Shown piece by piece: positions 54,648-64,000 of a stretch of 64,000 nt of DNA. The notes below the pieces were generated by a model that saw only the letters and a program-made list of their open reading frames with translations, had not been told where the DNA came from and ran no database searches. The DNA is taken from assembly GCA_013239625.1 (NCBI GenBank), contig MU053379.1, positions 5,208,714-5,272,713 of the forward strand, written 5' to 3'. Position numbers and translations under genes: made by a program. How positions within the stretch are numbered: position 1 is the stretch's first letter; every line of letters begins with the position of its first letter. Source of the DNA: Lama guanicoe. Lineage: Eukaryota.

Positions 54648-55208
54648 TGTTTGAAATGAGAGGCCAGAGCTGGTGCTGGAGCCCAGAGGGAGGCAGGCGG
54701 AGCAGAGGCCTCCCTGAGGCTGATGGTGTGAGCCCCAGCACCTTGTCATTTTACGGAAGGCAAGTTCGTGAGCCGCCACACCATGATGCCAAATAAATGG
54801 AAAATTCAGGGTTTGGAGCAGAGAAAGGCTGAAGGCAAGGACGAGCAAGGAGGATGGGGTAGCTCGTGCCCAAGAAAACCCCGAACTCCCCGAAGGGATT
54901 CAGCAAAGCCAGGCAGGTGAGGAAGGTGAACGCAGGGTACGTGATCAGCTTGTGCACAGTTCTCTGATGGGTTGACATAGAAGGAGCAGGGCATCAACAG
55001 AGCCAACCGCCAGGCGCCAGAAGGTCTGGGGGCCAAGTCATCATCAAGCGGTTAATTTCTTCCCTTTGGTGGTGGTTTTAAGCACCTGAAAAACTCTGGA
55101 AATCTGCATGAGATAGTATGATTTGGGTCGGTCAGAGAGGAGCTGCAGCAGAGGATCTGGGGGAGGGGTCTGACCTGGGAAGGCCCCACAGGGTCCTGCT
55201 GGGTGACA
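54648..55208 (-). mobile_element. Probable solo ERV LTR (family not assigned)
   Basis: About 560 bp bounded by TG...CA; LTR-like start tgtcacccagcaggaccctgtggggccttccc on the minus strand. No clear TSD. Confidence 0.5.
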
Positions 55209-56334
55209 TCGTTAGGGAAATGTCATCACTGGTCACAGAGCCACTATAACTTCATTGGTGAGCTAACTGGAGCATTTGATTCTCTATCAAAGCCAGAAAT
55301 TCCAGAAGAGAATGCATATAAATGCTCTTGTTTTCTTTCCCCAAATGTCTGTGATCCCAATGTTGAGGCAAGGGGATGTTACACTGAGGGCTCCTTGTTC
55401 CCACAGTTGTCCAAGAACAGACAGGGTCAGCCCGAGGGGCCCTGGTATTGCTCCAGGCCCCACACCTGCATGGCAGGAACAGTGCTGGCAAAATATCCAG
55501 GGAGGCAGGCAGAGCTAAGGGCATGAGCTAGCTTTTCCTTATCAGAAACAAGCAAACAGTTAATAGGCACCATCTTGCTAGTCACTAAAGAAACTGAATT
55601 AAAACAACTTAGGCAAGAGCCACAACACAGCAGGCTGTACGTGAGCTGCTTCCACCTGCCTGGCACTCTGGGGTAGGGGCTGACCCTCCCACTCCCCCCG
55701 CACGGAGCGGGAAGGATGTTCTGCCCAGAGATGCCACCGCACACTCATCCCACCAGCAACATGAAAGGGCTGTGGCCAGGCTAGAGGAAAGAAGCCAGGG
55801 GGTAAGTTTTACATCCAGAAAGAAAGAAAACAGGAAGGCTGAAGTGGTGTTTCACAGAGCACTTACCCGAAAGCCCCAACTGCTCCGTAAAGAGTCAGAA
55901 GCGGGAACAGCTCAGCACACGAACTGCACGTTTTCAACAGCAACGATATCGCCTCTGTGAACATACTGTTTTCCTTTAAGATCCCTGCATTTATCATTTT
56001 TTGAAGTGTTTGCACACGTTGCCATTCTGAATAGTTTCTTTTTGTGGGACAACTGTTGCAATTTATTTTTCAGTCAAGTGACCTTCAAGGTTGAGGGAAA
56101 AAATAAAAACAGCCCTAGGGGATTTTCTTAACACACCCTCCCAGCTGTGCAGGCCCTGGGTCTACTCTCGGTGGACAATCAAGCCGCTGGAGAGATGTCT
56201 CAACCTCTGACCCCTCAGGAGGACACTCGCTTTTGCTAAATAATCATTTGATATAAAACTAGTATCTCTTAAGCATGCATCCTGTAATGGGCACACTCCT
56301 GAACACTGCGGAATTTAGCCTTGTAAGGGAGGCA

Positions 56335-56445
56335 CCATTATTGTCCCCACATGACAAGCAAGGAAACTGAGGCACAGAGAGGTTAGGTAATTTGCCCAAA
56401 GTCACAGAGCTGGTAAGTGAACACATACTGAGGTCTAACCGCACA
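56335..56445 (-). mobile_element. MIR fragment
   Basis: ggaaactgaggcacagagaggttaggtaatttgcccaaagtcacagagctggtaagtg core. Confidence 0.8.
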
Positions 56446-57134
56446 GTTAGAACTACCAGCCTTTACATCCTGCCTCATGGCTACTAATTACATGTAAACC
56501 CACAAAACAGTTTTGAACAGTTAAAAAAAAAGATTTTCCCATGAATAAGTGCAAGAATCTGAAATCCAGAATACATGGGAAACTGCCTCTCCTAGCTCTA
56601 AACCAAACCAGAAGGTCCCATGTTACGCAAGAATTTCATGTGAGTAAACCTAACCATAAGGAAAGAACATTAACTCGAATAGTCCCTCAAATCAAAAAGC
56701 AGTTCTTCAGCCCAACAGTCAGCATCCCAGCCCATTTTTATCCATCTGTCAGGAAACCTTCTCTGCCAAAACCAGGGTGTAACAGTTCTTTTTTGGTGTC
56801 AACAATGAAGAGAGTCAGAGAAAATAACACAGCCTACGAATCTATTTAGACAACCCTGAGAACAAGTCTCCCGCTCATTATTGTCCCAACTTTCTTATCT
56901 TAAATTACAGGCACACAGCTGAGACCCTAAGGGCACATCACACGCAGCTTTGATCTTCTCTGTTCTCTACACATGCTTAGATGTCCAGAGAATCCAACGT
57001 GGACTGATTATCTTCGGTTTCTCCTAAAGAACGAGCCTGCTGTGAAGGTCAGTTCAACACCAACAGCTCAGTGGCCACAAAAGTGGATTCGGAGTCGCCA
57101 CAAAGTGATCACCTAAGACGCAGATGGAGCGGGA

Positions 57135-57418
57135 GAGGAGGGGTGGGAAGGGACAAATGTGGGAGTTCAAGGTTTGCAAATATCAATTACTACATATAAA
57201 AATAGATAAAAAACAAATTTCTTCTGTAACGCACAGGAAACTATATTCAGTATCTTGTAATAACCTTCAATGAAAAAGAATATGAAAATGAATATATGTC
57301 TGTATAAGCAGGACTGGGACAGTGTGCTGTACACCAGAAACTGACACACTGTAACAGACTATACATCAATTAAAACACAAAACAACATAAAACAAAACAA
57401 AACGAAACGAAACAACAA
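57135..57418 (+). mobile_element. L1 3' end with (AAAAC)n tail
   Basis: gggtgggaagggacaaat...acaccagaaactgacac. Confidence 0.85.
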
Positions 57419-60400
57419 GCCAGTGTAGAAACCAGGCCATGGGGATATCACAGTATTTTGCTATCGCAGTTGCTTGAAGTCCATGCCAGACAAAATAAAG
57501 TAAAATGTTACCCTCCTGTGCTGATGCAGTTTCCTTGAGTCAAAGGCACTGAAGAGGACTCCAGGGCTCTGGGCGGAGCCAGCCCCAGCCTGACACACAT
57601 GCGTTCAAGAGCTACTGAGACTCGGCCAGAAGTGTCCACTCAGCACTGCCCAGCGGCCCCAGGGCGGGGAGGAGCCCAGACACACCAGGCACGGAAAGCT
57701 CTACAGACACCTTCTCCTGGGGGTGCCTGCCAGCATCCAGCGTAACGGCACCCTGCCACTCACCCAGAACAGCACCCCGTACAAGACAGAAACCTGGGAG
57801 GAAGGGCTGGGCCTCAGGAAGCGGAGCAGCCACGTGTGCTCAGAGAGGGGTCCCCTTGGCGGAAACCGGCCGTTCGAGCAATTCTAGGATAAATGCCTTC
57901 TTGAAGTGCTGTCCTATTCCAAGTCACAGAATTTCAGAGCCTTCCAGTACCTGAACTCGCCTTGTCCGTTACCTCGACGGGCCTGGGATACGTGCCCCCA
58001 CCTGACAAATGGAGGAAACGAGGCACACACGTTCCAAGTGCAAAGACACTTCAAGGAAGACTTGAGCCAGCCTCCCTCTGAGACGAGCCTGGGACATGCC
58101 CGCTCTACCTCCTCGGACGCGCCGCTCACCCACTGTGGATGGGGCGACCCTGAGGGAACAGCTCTCACCCAGATTTGGTGCTGTGGCGATCAACGGGTTA
58201 AACACACAGGCAGTTCCCTGCGTGGCTCCCAGGGGATATTTTGGAGCTGAACAGCAGGTTTCCACTCCTGAGACAGGAAACCCAGGAAGAGCCATTTGGG
58301 GTGGTGGATGGAAGTGAAGACAGAAATCCAGTCTGGAATGTGTTGAGTCTGAAATATCTGGGAGGCACGGAGGTGGAACTGAGCGAAGGCGGCTGGATAC
58401 CTGGCCTGGAGCAAGATGTGAACTGAGGGACTTAAAAAGACTTACACACAAAGATACTTGAGCACTGTCTTCTTTGCAGACAACAAAGCCAGAGAAAATA
58501 CCTTATTTCATCAAATCCACAATGCCACTGATTCCCAGACAAACTACCCAGAAAGAAAAACCGATGTCAAAACCTGACAACAACGAACATTAAGACAGCA
58601 GTGATGATCAGATGCACCCCAGTTCAGAGCGGCTGTGAAATGAAAGCAGCGCATCTCAGAAAAGACGAAGGACAGTAAGCGTTTACTGGTGGGAGGGATT
58701 CAGACTGCAGGGAATCCAGAGTGAACCTCTGTTTCTGTAACTTTTTACTCTGAGATCATTTCAAATGTATAGAGAAGCTGCAAGAGCAGCACAAAGAATT
58801 CTCGAATACTCTGTCTCCCCTTTGCCCCATTTAGCATGTCCATGTTACCATTCTCTCTCCCCTTCCCCATTTCAGACTGAGACTCAGACGTTGTGCCCTC
58901 TTCTCCCTAAAAACTTCCATATGTATTTACACTCGAGGACATAGTCACAGGACAGTGACCAAACTTGAGAAATGAGACACTGCTACCATACTGTTGGGCC
59001 GATTCACCAGTCACACTCAAATTCTGTCCACAGTCTCAATAATGTTCTTTATAGCCACCCCTCCACCCCACCACCAGCAGAATCCAGTCCACAGTCGAGC
59101 ACTGTATACAGCTGTCAGGTTCCTTCAGTCCTCTTTCAACCAGTCTGTCTTTGTGTATCTTGACCCTGAAATTTCTGAAGAGTACGGAGGCCAGTTACTT
59201 TGTGGAATGTGGTTCAAATGCAGTCTGCCTCATGTCTTTGCACAGTGAGGTTCAGGTTTTGGTGGGCATACCCCAGGCAAGGTGGTCCCTCTTATCAGGA
59301 AGTCATCCATGGGATATGAACTTTGACCACTCAGTTAAGAGGTGTCCACAGCAGGGCAGTTACTTTTTATGAGAATTTGAATTAGGAGAATTCTAAGTAG
59401 TAAAATCGACAAACATCAAAGTCTGATTTTATGTGTACAATCTGAAATAATGAAAATTCAAAAAGAATTTAAAATGTATCAAGAACTGCCTAACTTCCAA
59501 GCGACATCGCTGCAGGAACCATCACCTACTTTTATGCTTTTGCCAGAGAGCAGGACAGACTAAGTATGAATTACACAGGATGCTGCAAGCGTCCTGTTTG
59601 AAGCAGTTTTCTGAGGAGTGCTACCAGTGGTGAGAACAGGTCTTCCATGTAGATTATGGGGTTCAGAAACTGGGCATCCATGTTTCTGGCCCAGTCAGAG
59701 GGCAAACTCATCCACCCTTGTCCAGATCCTCAGAGAGCAGTGACCTCATCAAAGCCAGACCACAGAATCAGGCACTTGCACCCAGGGAGCTAGAAGGCTG
59801 GGGCTGCCCTCAGCACAGAGGTATTGCTCCCCTGGGGCAGAAGGCACTGCCCTCCCTGCTCTCTCAGGGACACTGAGTCCTCAGTTTGACTCCCCGCCCA
59901 CACAGGACACGCAGCCCCAGAGCGTGAGGAGAGTCTCTCTGTCTAAGGCCCTGTCATCGTCCTCAGCAGGGAACCGGTGATGCTGCCCACTGCTGTCCGG
60001 TTCTGTCTACCTCTGTCAACGCAGCTGAAAGCCAGGAGGCCACGTGGACGGACAGTCCCAGCGCCTCCCTCCTTGGGCCACCTGAGTGCAGGTGGGTGAG
60101 ATGTTCTAGATACAGTGAGCTCTCCCTGGGGTATCAGAGCCTGCTCGTCAGATTCTGGGCAGACTGCCTTGTTGATTTTTAAAGAATTTCCAACTTCGAT
60201 TTATGAAATTCCTGTGCCCTGAAACTAAACTCCACATCAGCAATGCTCCATTACATTACTTGATATTGGCAAAGTCCAATTTCTTAAGCCATTCACACTA
60301 TGGCTCACATGGAATTCGGGTTGCCAGATCCCCACTGCACCTCTCCGCGGGTGTCTGGATAGACCACGTAAGTCACACCTCTGAATCAACATGGAAAATC

Positions 60401-61074
60401 TTAATTTTTCTTCTTTTATATATATATTTTTTTCCCTTAATGATTTGTTTTTATGTTTGTTGATTGATTTCTTTATTTTTAATGGAGGTGCTGGGGATTG
60501 AACCCAGGACGAAGTAAGGTAACTGGGTTACAAGAGCACGTGTCACAGCACAAATGGATGTGCCGTTTCCTCTCATGGAAGACAAAATAACTGTCAACAC
60601 ACAAAAGCTGGTACGTACCAGAGCTTCCCAGAATCACTGCAGGGCTCGGTTCACTTGAGACCATGCACCAGTCCTGAGAAACAAGAAGGCATCAGCCCTC
60701 GAAGTCTAAGGAAGGACAGACAGTCCAGGGTTGAGAGACACAGACAGGGGCAGTCAGCAGCACCAGATCCAAGCTCCAACCTCAAGAGGCTAAAAACACA
60801 GAATGCTCCAGGAGCCTCTTTTGTCCTTCGGTTCAAAAACAACAACAGCAGAACCTTTTGGGGGAGAGGTCTCACTGGGCTCTCAAGGTCCCCAAGGATG
60901 GGGGAAGGAAAGCCTTCCACGACCACCACCCTCCAAACAGCTCCAGGTAGAGTCTGACCCACAGTTTTAGCTTCCTGCTTGTGATTAACCAAACTGCTGG
61001 CCTTGAGCCTGAATTCCTAATTTGTACTTGGAGCCAAGGACTAAGCTAAGCCTAGATGGAAAGTCCAGTCAGAG

Positions 61075-61212
61075 AGGGAAGGGCATAGCTCAGTGGTGGA
61101 GTAACTGCCCAGCACGCACGAGGTCCTGGGTTCAACCCCCAGTCCCTCCATCAAAATAAATAAACACACACAATCACCCACCCCCCCAAAAAACAAAAAA
61201 CAAACAAAAAAA
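61075..61212 (+). mobile_element. Vic-1-like SINE
   Basis: gggcatagctcagtggtggag...cacgaggtcctgggttcaacccccag. Confidence 0.88.
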
Positions 61213-62211
61213 GTTTGGGTTACTGCCGATTAGCCTTTTAGGAAATGACCACAGAACCACAGAGCAAAGTGGCCAGGGCACTGGAAACACCCTTCCAGGC
61301 TAGAGGCACTGTTCTTTCCAGTCAGGAGCCACACCACGCCCCTGACTCCACCTCTGAAACTTCCAGAGTTTTTGTCTCCTTTTAGACCCTCTTGAGCCAG
61401 GGAAGGAGAGAGATATTTAGCAACCATCTGTTCATGGCAAGATCCAAAGTACGCGTCCAAGGGCTCTCTCCCATGTCCCAGTCCCAGTCCCATACACCAC
61501 ATGTGCCATCTTCCAAAACAAAATACAGAACCATCCACTAACCCGCACCGAAAGCCACACACCAGAGAAGGGCAGGATCTGAGCCCTGAAGACACACAGT
61601 ACACGTGCAACTGTTCTGTTACTCTATTTTGCACCATCAAATGTTCATAAGGACCAAGGACACAGAACAGAAGACACAGCGACACAGTTACAGCATGCCA
61701 TCAGCTGCCAGCAATGACGTCAGCTCACCCACCTGCGAGTAGCCCTGCAAAGCACAGTGTCTGGAATAAATATGAGCTGGAGAAAAAGTTTTCCACCAAG
61801 GTTTACACAAACTCCTCGACTGAAAAAAAGTTAAAACCAGAACTTTCTGCCTATAAAACGTTCTCTTTGTAGTTGGATGATGTTAAATGAATCTAAAGCT
61901 CAGGTTCTTCGGAGAAGGCTTGCTATTTCACCATTCTGCAAAAAACGACTGTGCTCTAGTTTCTACCGAATCTGAGCTACAGGTAAACACACGGCCCACT
62001 GTTATTCGCCAGTATAGACCAGTTTGATTTGTAATAGTTTAAACCACCTCAGATGACGTGTAAACCACAGAAAAGGGACAGCACAGCATGGTGGTACCCA
62101 CTATCCTGTCTTCGCTTTTTTTTTTTAATATACACTTAAGTCTTTCACATGGTTCATAAAACCGAGAGGCTGTTGACTCAGTCTTCTGTTTAACAGGCAG
62201 TTTTATCTATC

Positions 62212-62343
62212 ATTATTTTTTAGTTTTTATTATTTTGGGGGGGAAGGCAACTAGATTTATTCATTTATGTATTTAAGGGAGGTAGTGGGGATTGAACCCA
62301 GGACTCCGAGCACGTGCTCTACCACTGAGCTATACCCTTCCCG
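62212..62343 (-). mobile_element. Vic-1-like SINE
   Basis: ggggattgaacccaggac...ctctaccactgagctatacccttccc. Confidence 0.85.
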
Positions 62344-62439
62344 CCTCATTATTTCTTTTTAAATTTTCTGCTTTAAAAAGCATTTTAAGTCCAATGAGGA
62401 AAACCTGGAAGTCACCACAGCGGCCTCTGAGGAGCAGCT

Positions 62440-63260
62440 CCCCGTCGCTCGCAGCCGCCCCGCCCTGTGGACAGTGCCAGCGCAGGGCTCCGGGTCCACA
62501 GGGCCCACAGTGGGGCCGTGGGCACCACTCGCCCCTCCAGGCCCTCCAGCTCCGCAGCTCTCGCCCGGACCCCCTCCTGTTCACAGCTTGGCCTACGGCT
62601 CCGGGAGCAGAGGGAGCCGAGCGACCTTCTTCACTTCCATCCTGCGAGCGGCGCTCCCGGGAACCAGCACTAACCCCAGGGCAGGGCTTGTGGGACCGGT
62701 GACTGAGGCACCGGCGGGAGGAAGGGACCTTCTGCAAAACTATTCACAGCAGGCAAAGCCGGCAACGCGCCTTCCGTCTCGGAGCGCGGGTCCCCGCTCC
62801 TAACAGGTTTCCCAAGAGCGAACTCGTAACGCAGCGAACGGACGCCGGCAGGTCCCGGAGCTCCTGCGCCGTGGGAATCTCCTTCAGAGCGCGTCCCCTG
62901 CAGGAACGACGCCAGCGGCCGCTCGCAGAGCCCGCCCGGCCGCGCCCCGCGCCCCGCGCCCGCCCGCCGGCCGCCGCGCAGGCCCTGGCACCAGGTCCGC
63001 ACTAGCCCACCCTCGGCGCCCGCTCACCTGGGGGCCGGGGCGCCTCCGGTTCCGCCCGCACGCGGACAGGACGAGATCGCCGGGCGGGCGCTCGCCTCCC
63101 GGCCGCGTCCCGCCGCCGCTCTTTGTGTCGGCGAGGGGCCGGGCGGGGACCCGGGGCCCGTGGGGCGCACGGGGCCGGTGGGGCCGCGTGGGAAGAGTGC
63201 GGGGTGGCTACTCGAGAGCCGACGGGGTCCCCGCAGACCGGGGTGGGTCTCGGGAAAAGT
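62440..63260. promoter_or_regulatory. NINL: CpG island / NINL promoter
   Basis: Very GC- and CpG-dense, with several GGGCGG/CCGCCC GC-boxes. Lies at the 5' end of the minus-strand gene. Confidence 0.85.
63028..63130 (-). other. NINL: Probable non-coding exon 1 (TSS position approximate)
   Basis: Consensus donor CCAG|gtgagc on the minus strand (plus ctcac at 63023-63027) inside the CpG island. The 5' end cannot be determined from sequence. Confidence 0.7.
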
Positions 63261-63427
63261 TTAGAGCCCCAGGGAGTGAACCCTGGGGCTGACCTCGCTG
63301 ATCTGTGTGAGTGATGCTCCCTTCACAGGTCTTGGCCTGGCATCCTCCTCCGGTAACAACCCCGGGAGGTTGGTCAGGCCATACCCCAATTCGCAGTTGA
63401 GACACTTTAGGTTATTGCCTTCCATCA

Positions 63428-63510
63428 TGTATTCAATCAATAAATATTTACTGAGCACCTACTAATGCCAGGCATTGTCCTAGAGGCTGAGAACAGAGCA
63501 GTGACAATGA
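63428..63510 (-). mobile_element. L2 3' fragment
   Basis: attcaatcaataaatatttactgagcacctactaatgccaggcattgtcctag. Confidence 0.75.
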
Positions 63511-64000
63511 GCATAGGGAGTTGGCAAAAAAAAATCCCTGCCCCTGGGCGGGGAGAGTATAGCTAAACCAAATACCCCTGTACCTGAAGAAACTGTCTTT
63601 CCTACAATACTTACACCCACTGGGTCCTGGGCACCACTGTATCTAAGATGCTTGTGCATCTTAGATGGTACATACATGTATGAGATCAGAAACCGTCCAC
63701 CTCCGTCAGTATTCCAGGTACAGTGCACTCTAGGCCTTCCTCTGTACAGTGTTTGGGGGAGCCTGTGGACAACTGAGAATTTATGGCTTTCTGAGTATAC
63801 CACTATGAGGAATCTACAGATAAAAAACAGACAAAACATCATTGTTAAATCACTTTTTTAATCTTAAGAAATATTACTCTAAAACAAAAACATCATTAAG
63901 AAAATAATAGGTCATTCCAAGATTTCTTAATATCTTCTGTAACATTCCACTCAGAAGGCAGAAAATCACAAAGTTCTTCCCTAAGGAAGGGTGCAAATGG

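Noticed and set aside
63130..64000. Divergent neighbouring gene from a bidirectional promoter
   Set aside because: No recognisable plus-strand exon or ORF within the remaining 900 bp.

Overview
Mammalian genomic DNA, most likely a camelid, judging by the abundant tRNA-derived Vic-1-type SINEs and lineage-type L1 3' ends. The window is almost entirely the 5' two-thirds of NINL (ninein-like; EF-hand/coiled-coil centrosomal dynein adaptor) on the minus strand. It holds a CpG-island promoter and probable non-coding exon 1 at about 63.0-63.1 kb, plus 15 coding exons (exons 2-16, 38361 down to 4302). All have GT-AG boundaries and consistent phases, giving 2165 nt (721 codons + 2 nt) of open frame. 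The 3' exons were not recognised and probably lie beyond position 1. Introns carry many L1 fragments (several with clear target-site duplications), about 10 SINEs, MaLR/ERV LTRs, MIR/L2 relics, two minisatellites and a 420-bp compound microsatellite. I found no convincing new gene system. The most interesting points are regulatory or evolutionary: an out-of-frame strong-Kozak ATG 5 nt before the NINL start; a weak exon-16 donor with a stronger, stop-including competitor 126 nt downstream; LQ|G/S/A viral-protease-type motifs; and a recurrent chimeric L1 3' end. Repeat family names, exon numbering and comparisons with human NINL are from memory, not database searches.
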